Source: Dysgonamonadaceae bacterium (lineage in GTDB: Bacteria; Bacteroidota; Bacteroidia; Bacteroidales; Azobacteroidaceae). From it: a stretch of 64,000 nucleotides of DNA. The position numbers and the translations under genes are program-made. Below, piece after piece: positions 40,805 to 50,900 of this stretch. The notes under the pieces are model-generated. The model saw only the letters and a list, made by a program, of their open reading frames with translations, searched no databases and had not been told where the DNA came from. The stretch lies in assembly GCA_031289145.1 (NCBI GenBank), contig JAITQA010000146.1, positions 14,072-78,071 of the forward strand. The letters are read 5' to 3'. Numbering within the stretch: the first letter of the stretch is position 1; the number at the start of each line of letters is the position of its first letter.

Positions 40805-41050
40805 ATGAAAAAATTATCATTAAAAAAAGAGGTAATTATGAACCTCGATGAAACTGAAATGAAGAATGTAAAAGGAGGAACAGGAACAGGAACAGCAGTA
40901 CCCGGAACATTGGTATCTCAGTGTCCTGCTTTATGTTATTCTACGTTTTGCACAAATTTGGTTCCTAAAACATGCGAGGGTAGTGGTAGTGCCCTTTGTT
41001 CAGGAGCTACTTCACAGATACGTTGCGCGCCTGTTGCTGTTTTACCATAA
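40805..41050 (+). CDS. lanA: Class I lanthipeptide precursor (25-aa double-Gly leader plus 56-aa core)
   Basis: MKKLSLKKEVIMNLDETEMKNVKGG / TGTGTAVPGTLVSQCPALCYSTFCTNLVPKTCEGSGSALCSGATSQIRCAPVAVLP; 6 Cys, 8 Thr and 6 Ser in the core, none of the Cys in the leader; lies between lanC and lanB. Confidence 0.92.
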   Translation: MKKLSLKKEVIMNLDETEMKNVKGGTGTGTAVPGTLVSQCPALCYSTFCTNLVPKTCEGSGSALCSGATSQIRCAPVAVLP

Positions 41051-41148
41051 GACAAAATGTTATTCTAAAAAATCTTAAATATATATATTGGGATATGAAT
41101 CATAACCTGTATAAAAATTTATAGCGTTTTAGTAATAATTTATTGTAT

Positions 41149-43329
41149 ATGTATAATCCTTTTAATGAGTTTCTTATACGTACACCGTTGCTGCATTTTA
41201 ATTATTTGAATAAAAATAAATTAGAAACAGCATTGTTAAATCAACAGGTTCAAGAGGCTATTTACATAGCCTCTCCTGTTTTATATGTCGAATTACAAAA
41301 ATATTTGAATGGGGAAGTCAACAATGAAAATGAAAAGAAGCGGATAGAATTTGCATTGTATAGATATATCAGTCGAATGTCTTCTCGCTGTACGCCTTTC
41401 GGACTATTTGCCGGATGCTCGGTTGGCACTATTACAGCGGATAAAACCTGTGTTATAGTGGAACATTTTAATCGACATACCAGATTGGATATGTTCTTTT
41501 TATGCACGCTTGTTCAAGAATTGGCAAAACAGCCTGACATTAAAGACGCCTTGCACTATTATCCAAACACTACCCTGTATCAAATAGGCAATAAATACCG
41601 GTATATTGAATATCAATATAGCAATTCACAGCGCATACATCGGATAACTTCCATCGAACGTTCCTTTTACTTAGATGCTATTCTGAAAATGGCAAAAAAA
41701 GGGGTAAAACCGAATAAATTATCTTCATATTTAATTGATAATAAAATAGATAAAGAAAATTTGCTTGATTTTATACAAGAATTAATTGATTCGCAAATTC
41801 TCGTTAGCGAAATAAGCCCTTCCGTTACAGGAGAAGATTTTTTCACAAAAATAATTGCTGTTTTGGAAAAATCACATGCCAATGAAAGCAGAATAGCAAC
41901 TCTCAAAGAAATCCAAGACTCCATCTGCCAATTAGATTCAAACCAAATCAATGCTATAAAGCTATATCAGGACATTATAAGAAAAATTGAAAAAATTAAA
42001 GCGCCGTACGAAGAAAAATTTTTGTTTCAGGTGGATATAACGAGAAACGTAAGAGAAGCCACAATCGAAAAAAGAGTTACGAATGAACTTCAATCGGCAA
42101 TGTCTTTTTTGAATAGAATTACCCCAAACGGAAAGAATGAAACACTAAGTCAATTCCAACAATCTTTTTATAATCGTTATGAAGATCGTGAAGTGTTATT
42201 GATGGAGGCGTTAGATCCGGAAATTGGTATCGGATACCCTGTTAATACAAATACCGGAGATGTTGCGCCTTTATTGGCTGATTTTCATATTCCCAAGCTA
42301 TCAAGTAAAATTTCTAATTTCCAGCGGGATGCTTTTCAATCTGTTTTATTCAAGAAAACGATGGAAGCGTTAGCTCAGCATAAAAGTGAAATTATTTTTA
42401 CCGATGAAGACGTCAAAAAATTTCATTCGAATTGGGCTGATTTGCCATCCACGATGTATTCGATATTTAGTATTGTAAAAGCTGATTCCGAGACATTATT
42501 GATCAAAACAAATGGTTTTTATGGAACTTGTGGCGCGAATTTATATGCTCGTTTTGCTCATACAGATAAAAAAATTGCACAATTTGTAAGTGAAATCACA
42601 AAGAAAGAACAAGAACTAATGCCGGAAAGCATTTTGGCGGAAATAGCGCATTTGCCTGACTCAAGGATTGGGAATATTTTGTCCCGCCCACATCTTCGTG
42701 ATTATGAAATTCTGTACTTGGCTAATTCGGATATGCCCGATAACTGCTTAATCTACATGTCGGACTTATCTATCTCTATTCGACAGGGAAAAATTAATTT
42801 ACGTTCAAAAAAATTAAACAAAGAAATTATTCCTCGATTAACTAACGCACATAATTATCACAATAATACAATGCCTGTTTACCAATTTCTCTGTGACATG
42901 CAAGATCAAAACGGAAGAGGTGGTTTGGTTTTTAATTGGGGCTACTTGGGCAATGAATTAAACTTTTTACCGCGTGTCAAATATAAAAATACTATCATTT
43001 CTTTGGCTACATGGAGCGTTAAAATAGAAGAAATGAAGCATTTATTTTCAATACAAGCAGAAGATGAATTACTATTAGAAACAAGACGGTGGCGCGAAAA
43101 CTTATCTCTTCCACAAAAAGTTTTATTACCGGATGGGGACAAAGAACTGTTTGTTGATTGGGAAAATGAACTAAGTATTCAATCTCTGTTTTCAATAATT
43201 AAAAACCGACAAATGGTATCTTTTAAAGAATTTTTATTCGAACCTGAAAATTCTGTGGTTAGAGACAAAAATGGCGATTCTTATGTAAATGAATGTATTG
43301 CTGCTTTTTATAGAAATAAAGAAAAATGA
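41149..43329 (+). CDS. lanB: LanB dehydratase, glutamylation domain (split LanB N-part)
   Basis: AIYIASP, YISRMSSRCTPFGLFAG, YQIGNKYRY, ARFAH, NILSRPHLRDYEI, IPRLTNAHN, LPRVKY...LATW, LPDGDKELFVD; ATG 41149 preferred over TTG 41143. Confidence 0.92.
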   Translation: MYNPFNEFLIRTPLLHFNYLNKNKLETALLNQQVQEAIYIASPVLYVELQKYLNGEVNNENEKKRIEFALYRYISRMSSRCTPFGLFAGCSVGTITADKTCVIVEHFNRHTRLDMFFLCTLVQELAKQPDIKDALHYYPNTTLYQIGNKYRYIEYQYSNSQRIHRITSIERSFYLDAILKMAKKGVKPNKLSSYLIDNKIDKENLLDFIQELIDSQILVSEISPSVTGEDFFTKIIAVLEKSHANESRIATLKEIQDSICQLDSNQINAIKLYQDIIRKIEKIKAPYEEKFLFQVDITRNVREATIEKRVTNELQSAMSFLNRITPNGKNETLSQFQQSFYNRYEDREVLLMEALDPEIGIGYPVNTNTGDVAPLLADFHIPKLSSKISNFQRDAFQSVLFKKTMEALAQHKSEIIFTDEDVKKFHSNWADLPSTMYSIFSIVKADSETLLIKTNGFYGTCGANLYARFAHTDKKIAQFVSEITKKEQELMPESILAEIAHLPDSRIGNILSRPHLRDYEILYLANSDMPDNCLIYMSDLSISIRQGKINLRSKKLNKEIIPRLTNAHNYHNNTMPVYQFLCDMQDQNGRGGLVFNWGYLGNELNFLPRVKYKNTIISLATWSVKIEEMKHLFSIQAEDELLLETRRWRENLSLPQKVLLPDGDKELFVDWENELSIQSLFSIIKNRQMVSFKEFLFEPENSVVRDKNGDSYVNECIAAFYRNKEK

Positions 43330-44198
43330 AACCCATTCAACGAACTTACATGCCGGGAAGCACCTGGATTTATATCAAATTGTACGTTGGTATCAAAACG
43401 GCCGATGATTTGTTAATTAAAGTGATAGCCCCGATTATAAGAGAATTACAGCGGAAACAAGCTATTGAAAAATGGTTTTTCATCCGGTATTCAGACCCTG
43501 ATTTTCATTTAAGAATCAGATTATTGGTGACCGATTTCATTTATATTGGAGAAATAATCTGTTTGTTCCAAAAAAAACTTGTTTATTGGAACAAAAATAA
43601 CCTTCTGTGGAAGATGCAGTTAGACTCTTACAACAGAGAATTGGAACGTTATGGGAAAAACCTGATTGAAGAAGCAGAATCTGTTTTTTATGCCGATAGT
43701 GAATGTGTCCTTTCAATTATTAGAAAATTAGGAAACAACGAGAAATATCGATGGATGATTGCTTTAAAATTGATTGATAGTTTATTATCTGATTTTCATT
43801 TAAGTATGGAAGAAAAACAAAAATTGATGGAAAACTTAAGCAAATTATTCAAAACCGAATTTGGATTTAACGAATATAACGCTAAATCTTTTAATACTAA
43901 ATTTAGGGAAAACAAAATGATTGTAGAATCCACATTAAATAATATAATTGACGAAAAAGAATTTAATTTTTTATACAGTCCTATAAGAAAGCGTACTAAA
44001 CAGTTGGTATCAATTGTAGGAAAAATCAATAAAAATAAATTGAAGCATATTAATTTGAATGAATTACTAAGCAGCTATCTCCACATGATGCTTAACCGCC
44101 TTTTTCGCTCAAAAAACCGGATACATGAACTAATTTTATACGATTTCATGCGTAGATATTATGCCGGCGAAATGGCCAAATTAAAATATAATAAATAG
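43326..44198 (+). CDS. LanB elimination domain (Lant_dehydr_C / thiopeptide-type biosynthesis domain), split LanB C-part
   Basis: WIYIKLY, WFFIRYSDPDFHLRIR, YNRELERYG, SYLHMMLNR; ATGA overlap with the upstream gene. Confidence 0.9.
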   Translation: MKPIQRTYMPGSTWIYIKLYVGIKTADDLLIKVIAPIIRELQRKQAIEKWFFIRYSDPDFHLRIRLLVTDFIYIGEIICLFQKKLVYWNKNNLLWKMQLDSYNRELERYGKNLIEEAESVFYADSECVLSIIRKLGNNEKYRWMIALKLIDSLLSDFHLSMEEKQKLMENLSKLFKTEFGFNEYNAKSFNTKFRENKMIVESTLNNIIDEKEFNFLYSPIRKRTKQLVSIVGKINKNKLKHINLNELLSSYLHMMLNRLFRSKNRIHELILYDFMRRYYAGEMAKLKYNK

Positions 44199-44339
44199 TA
44201 TCTTACAATGATGCCTTTAAAAAATTGCAACAGTTCAAAACGATACTATCGCCATCAACTATATTAAATAATAATATTTCTTTTATACGCTTTTGCCATT
44301 TTCTCCGTTATTATTAATGTATTTAATATATTGAGTAAC

Positions 44340-44927
44340 ATGTTAGACTACATCAAGGGAGAAATTGTTGAATTGACTCCGGCTTCGGTTGTGATTGAAG
44401 TCGGCGGTTTGGGTTATATCGCACATATTTCCTTAAATACTTATAGTGCACTCAACGGATTAAAATCATGCAGACTATATGTATATGAGGCTATTCGGGA
44501 AGATGCACACCAATTGTTCGGATTTTTGGAAAAACGTGAAAGGGAGTTATTCCTGCACCTGATATCCGTTTCCGGGGTCGGCGCCAATACGGCCCGTATG
44601 GTTTTATCTTCTATCGCTACCTATGAATTAGAAAGCATTATCTCCTCCGGAAACGCGAATGCCCTGAAAACAGTAAAAGGTATTGGCGGCAAAACGGCTG
44701 AAAGAATCATTATTGATTTGAAAGACAAGGTAAAAATCAGTGGGGAATCCGCTACGTCTTCCGCCGCAGCCAATCCGGCAAACGAAGCGGCCAAAGAAGC
44801 TGTATCTGCACTTACTATGCTCGGATTTAACCAATTAGCTTCGCAGAAGATAATAGATAAGATATATAAAATAAATCCGGCGCTCAGTGTGGAGGATTTT
44901 ATTAAACAGGCGCTAAAAATGCTTTGA
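44340..44927 (+). CDS. ruvA: Holliday junction branch migration protein RuvA
   Basis: [59 protein letters not shown]. Confidence 0.96.
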   Translation: MLDYIKGEIVELTPASVVIEVGGLGYIAHISLNTYSALNGLKSCRLYVYEAIREDAHQLFGFLEKRERELFLHLISVSGVGANTARMVLSSIATYELESIISSGNANALKTVKGIGGKTAERIIIDLKDKVKISGESATSSAAANPANEAAKEAVSALTMLGFNQLASQKIIDKIYKINPALSVEDFIKQALKML

Positions 44928-47900
44928 TGAAGCCTTGTAAAAAATACATATTAATTGGGTTGAGTATTCTTTTTGCCGGTAGTTTTTACGGGTCGAATGT
45001 GCATTTATCTTCATCCGGTTTGGAATTTCCGGCAGTTACGTTTGCACCGGAATCTTTCGCGATCGCTCCCGAAGACAGCCTTAAACCTCTTTTTCCGGTC
45101 GAAAAGATTGTCCCTGAAAATTACAAAGAATTGATCCAAAGCCATCCGATAGATTTACGAACACCGGAAACATTCAATTCCGGATTTCAATACAACCCAT
45201 TAAGCAACAGGTATGAACTCAGGTCTAAAATCGGAGATTCCGACCTCATAACACCTATTTCGCTCACGCCTGAAGAATATTACAAATACAGTCTGCAAAA
45301 GAGTATGAGTGCTTATTACAGAGAAAAATATGCGGAAGAATTTCTAAGTGCGGACAGTGCAAAGAAAAAGGACGTTTTATCTATTTTCGATTTTAATTTT
45401 GATTTGGGACCTGCCGATAAAATATTCGGTCCGGGAGGCGTAAAAGTAAATGCCCAGGGAAATATCATTACTAAAATGGGATTTACCCATACTTCGACCG
45501 GAAATCCGACTTTGACGGAAAAACAAAGAAGCCGCACAGCTTTCGATTTCGACGCGCAAATCCAAGCGAGCTTTGCCGCTTCGGTAGGTGATAAAATCAA
45601 CTTTGACCTGAACTATAACACAGAATCGACCATGTCTTTCGACACGAAAAAGATTAAATTAGCCTATCAGGGGAAAGAAGATGAGGTTTTAAAAGTGTTG
45701 GAAGCAGGTAACGTAAGCATGAATACCACGAACTCGTTGATCCGGGGTGGAAATGCCTTGTTTGGTATCAAAACGGAAATGCAATTCGGCAAACTCACTG
45801 TCGGCGCCATATTTTCCCAACAGGAATCGCAATCACGTTCGGTCTCTTCCAAAGGGAATGTGCAAACAACACCTTTTGAGATAACTGTGGATATGTACGA
45901 CGAAAATATGCACTATTTCCTGTCACATTATTTTTATGATCATTACGATGATGCAATGAGTTCTCTACCTTATATCAGGTCAGGAATCAACATAGACCGT
46001 ATCGAGGTTTGGATAACCAACAGACGTTCAGACTATAATGAGGCCCGTAACATCATTGCTTTTACTGATTTGGGCGAAAACCAACATATCAGCACTCCCG
46101 GTTTTATTCATCCGTCCGGTTCGGAAGCGGTTCCCTATAACAAGGCCAATGACCTGTACGCTAATCTTATCAATAATTACCCCGGCGCCAGAAACATCAG
46201 TCAGGCAAACCAGGTTTTGGGAAGCACGCCGCTTGAAGGCGGCCGTGATTATGAGAAAATTGAAAACGCCCGAAAATTAGGAAGTTCCGAATATTCATTC
46301 GATCCGCAACTGGGTTATATTTCCTTGCGGAATCCGTTACAGCCCGACGAAGTGCTGGCCGTATCCTTTAGCTATACCTATAACGGCACAACTTATCAGG
46401 TAGGTGAATTTTCGACCGATAATCCGAACAGTACCACGGATAATTTATATGTGAAACTGATCAAAGGTACAATGAGTTCGCCTGCTTCCGCAACATGGAA
46501 GCTGATAATGAAAAATATTTATACCATTACGAACAGTTATATTGACCAGGATAAATTCCGGCTGAATATTAAATACCAGAACGATACAACCGGTGTTTTT
46601 CTCAATTATATCACGGAAGGCGATATTGCCAATCAACTTTTGCTGCGCGTCATGAATCTGGATAACCTGGATGCACGACAAAATCCTTATTCCGATGGAT
46701 ATTTCGACTTTATTGAGGGCAAAACGATTTACGCGCAATCCGGGAAAATCGTATTCCCCGTAACAGAACCCTTCGGTTCGCATTTGAGAAAGAAAATAGG
46801 AAATGACGCCATCGCCGACAAATATGTCTTTCAGGAATTATACGACTCCACTTTGACCGTCGCCCGCCAGATTGCTGAACAGAATAAATTCATACTGCAA
46901 GGAGAATACAAAGGTTCCGGAGATGCCGCTATCGGATTAAGCGGAAGTAATATTGCCAAAGGATCGGTAGTCGTTATGGCAAACGGCGTCAGGCTAAAAG
47001 AAAATATAGACTATATTGTAGATTATGCCGGTGGAGGCGTGACTGTTATTAATCCGCTTTACAAGGATGCGGATTTGAACATTCAGTCCGAAGACCAATC
47101 TGCGTATGGAATAGGGCTGCAACGCAAAACCATGATGGGATTGAATCTGAATTATGCTTTCAATCCTAATTTCAACATAGGGGCTACCGTCATGAACTTG
47201 AGCGAAATGCCAACTACTATGAAAACTTTGCCGGGGCAGGAATCCGTTAACAATACCTTGTTTGGCTTCAACACCAATTACGCAACGCAATCGCAAGCCT
47301 TGACCAATTTTTTGGACAAACTGCCTTTCCTGGATCTAACCGCCCCGTCGCAGATCACTTTCAATGCCGAATATGCACAGTTGATTCCCGGTCACTACCA
47401 TAGCAAATACGGAGGAGATTATTCCTATATTGATGATTTTGAGCAAGCTAAAACACCTATCGACCTCCGCTCTCCTTATTCATGGAATTTAGCGTCCACA
47501 CCCTCCATGTTTACCGAATCACGCTTAGTGAACAATATTGATTATGGGAAAAATCGCTCGCTGTTGGCGTGGTATTACATTGATGGTTTGTTCACCCGAA
47601 AATCTTCTTTAGCGCCGAATCATATCAAAAATGACTTTGACCAATTGTCTAATCATTATGTGAGGGAAATATCGGAAGCCGAACTTTTCCCAAATAAAGA
47701 CCAACGTTACAATGAATCGGCTATGCTTCCGGTCTTGAACCTGGCATACTATCCTTTGGATCGAGGGCCGTATAACCTGGATGTTATCGGTATGGGAACC
47801 AACGGGAAACTGTTAAATCCGGAGAAACGTTGGGGGGGAATTACCCGGAGAATCGAAAGCGGATACACCGATTTTGAAGCCAACAATTTTGAAACCATTG

Positions 47901-50900
47901 AATTCTGGTTGTTAGACCCTTTCATCTACAATCCGGATGCCAAGGGAGGCGACCTGTACCTGAACCTGGGTGAAATATCGGAAGACATCCTGAAAGATGA
48001 AAAGAAATTTTTTGAAAACGGACTCCCGGTTAACGGGGACAGTACGAAAGTAGAAAGAACCGTCTGGGGTTTGGTTCCCCGACAACAATCCTTGGTCTAT
48101 GCTTTCGACAACACAGAAGGCGCTCGTAAATACCAGGATGTGGGCTTGGACGGATTAATCAATGAGGCGGAATTTTCCTATCCGACTTACAGTGATTATC
48201 TGGAGGCTTTGCAAGACCGCTTATTACCGGAAACTTTACAAGAGATGCGGAATGACCCGTTTTCTCCATTGAATGACCCTGCCGGAGATAATTATCATTA
48301 TTTCAGGGGATCGGATTATGACCGGATGGAACTGCCTATCTTGGGAAGATACAAACGATACAACGGAACGGAAGGAAACTCGGCAGATACGAACGATTCT
48401 CCTGAAAATTACAATACGGCAGCCAAACTTGTACCGGACGTGGAAGATATTAACCAGGATAATACCCTGAATGAAAGCGAAAAGTATTTCCAATACAGGG
48501 TTTCTATCCGTCCGGGAAATATGAAAGTAGGAGAAAATTTCATCACCCAAAAAATAGATGTAAAGCCGAATCCCGTGCTGAAAAACGGCAATAATGAAAC
48601 GATTAGCTGGTATCAGTTCAAGATTCCCATCCGGGAATTCGAAAATAAAATGGGTAATATCCAGGATTTTAAGACCATCCGGTTCATGCGGATGTTCCTC
48701 ACCAACTTTTCCGATTCGGTAATCCTCCGGTTTGGTACTTTAGAATTGGTTTACGGCAGTTGGCGGACATATACCCAAGACTTATCCAATCCGAATTTAC
48801 CGACAACGGGAAATGCAAGTATCAGTTTATCTACTGTTAATATTGAAGAGAGTGGAAGCAAAGAGCCTGTAAATTATGTTATTCCGCCTGGTGTGAACCG
48901 TATTTTAGACCCCAGTCAACCTCAATTGAGGCAACAAAACGAACAAGCGCTATCTGCCCAGATTACCGGTCTACAACCTGGAGACGCCCGTGCCATCTAC
49001 AAATCAACAGGCTTGGATACCCGCCAGTATCGCAGGATCCAAATGTTTTCACATGCCGAAAAATTGGCAGAAGACATTAACGGATTACAAGATAATGATT
49101 TGTCTATATTCATCCGCTTGGGATCCGATTACAAAAACAACTATTACGAATATGAAGTTCCCGTCAGAATAACACCGCCCGGTCGTTACGACGAAAGCAC
49201 CGCTTCCAGAGAAATCGTTTGGCCCAGATCAAACATGTTTGATTTTCCATTCGAATTACTGACCAATCTTAAATTAGCCCGAAACTCAGAAAAACGCAAA
49301 ACAGGCTCTACGGTTACTTATTACACGCCTTTCTCCAGTTACGACCCTGACAATCCCATGAATAAAGTGACCATTATCGGAAATCCCAGTATTTCGGACA
49401 TCAAGGTAATCATGATCGGCGTCCGCAACAATTCCAGAAACACGCAATCGGTAGAAATGTGGGTGAATGAACTGCGTTTGACCGAATTCAACGAAGACGG
49501 CGGTTGGGCAGGAAATGCCAATCTCTATCTGGGCCTTTCGGATATGGGGTCTTTCAACTTTTCCGGAAGTAAGGAAACAGCCGGATTCGGTAGTTTAGAC
49601 CAAGGTATCATGGATCGAAATTTAGACGATACCTACCAATTCAGTGTAGGAACCCAATTGGAACTTGGCCGCTTTTTTCCGGAAAAAGCCAAAATCAGCA
49701 TTCCGTTTTACTATTCCTACCAGGAAAAAGTAATCAGCCCGAAATACAATCCTTTGGATCAGGATGTCTTATTAAAAGACGCTTTGAATGCAGTAGAAAC
49801 CAAAGCAGAAAAAGATTCTATCCGAAATTTCGCCCAAGACAAGGCAACGACCCGATCCGTTAGTTTCAACAATGTCAGGGTTGATGTACGTAGCGAAAAC
49901 CCTATGCCGTACGATCCGGCCAATTTCACATTCTCTTATTCCGTTACGGAAAACAATATCCAAAATGCAACTACCCAGTACGAAAGAACAACCAATACAA
50001 GGTTCGGCCTCAATTACACTTATGCGCCTGTAATAAAACCTTGGCAACCTTTTACAAGCTCCGAAAGTTCCAAATCGGAAAAAGAACAGCCTGCCGGTTC
50101 CACCGGTTCCACCGGTTCGAAAAACAAACTTTTGCAAGAGATTGCAATACAATATCTACCCAATAGTATCTTACTGAATTCGGATATCTCACGGGATTAC
50201 TATGAATTTCAGTTACGTGATTTGGGAAATTTGGGAGAAAATATGATTCCTCCGTCTTTCCGCGAAGATTTTCTTTGGAACAGATCAACAGTTATCCAAT
50301 GGAATCTTACTAAAAACCTGTCTTTGAATTTCAATTCGGGTACAAATGCAAGAATAGAAGCGCCCCACGTATTGGTAAATAAAAAATTCAATCCGGACGA
50401 ATATGCTTTATGGAAAGATTCCGTATTACTAAGTATCAGAAGTTTAGGAACGCCAATGGAATATAAGCAAACTTTTATGGCTACTTATACGATTCCTTTC
50501 CAGCAGATTCCTGTTCTCAATTTTGTCAGCGGTTCATTGAAATTCGACAGCAATTACACATGGCACAAAGGCGCTATGCTTGCTGCGGAAGATATTGACT
50601 TTGGAAACGAAATCAGCAATAACCGCACTATCGGAATAGAAAATGTACGTGTAAACCTGCTTGGTTTCTATAACAAATTTGAATTTCTGAAAAAAGTAAA
50701 TGACAAATATACGCCCAAAAGGACGAGTGTTGCCCGGAGGAATAACCAAAGGGGGTCAGAAGAGAATCTAAAAAAGGAAGCTGCCGAAAAAAGAAAAATG
50801 AAATATGAAGGTGAAGTAACACTCAATATCGATTCCGGAACAACCGTTAATCACCAGTTGAATAACAAACATTTACGAATTACAGTCCGCAAAACGGACG

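Larger units (their letters stand above)
36260..44330. other. AT-rich accessory island carrying a class I lanthipeptide cluster, S41 protease and HTH regulator
   Basis: Sits between core blocks ftsH-cdsA and ruvA-sprA. Spot GC counts: 23% (line 41161) and 25% (line 43981) versus 50-52% in tex and GH31 lines. No integrase seen; boundaries approximate. Confidence 0.7.

Noticed and set aside
43300-43350. lanB split as a frameshift or pseudogene
   Set aside because: The break falls at the natural glutamylation/elimination boundary with a clean ATGA coupling, and both halves keep their motifs.
43326-44198. Thiopeptide cluster call from the thiopeptide-type elimination domain
   Set aside because: No YcaO/cyclodehydratase, azole dehydrogenase or pyridine synthase context; a LanC with intact Zn ligands is present, so class I lanthipeptide fits better.
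36293-44310. TCCGTTA at 36293 and 44304 as island attachment repeats
   Set aside because: Only 7 bp, expected by chance; no integrase or tRNA nearby.
44200-44330. Second precursor downstream of the elimination gene
   Set aside because: Short frames (e.g. MMPLKNCNSSKRYYRHQLY) have no leader or GG motif and no Cys/Ser/Thr-rich core.
47832-47838. G7 tract in sprA (and A8 in the HTCS at 21473-21480) as phase-variation switches
   Set aside because: Tracts are short, frames are intact, and nothing in the sequence indicates variability.
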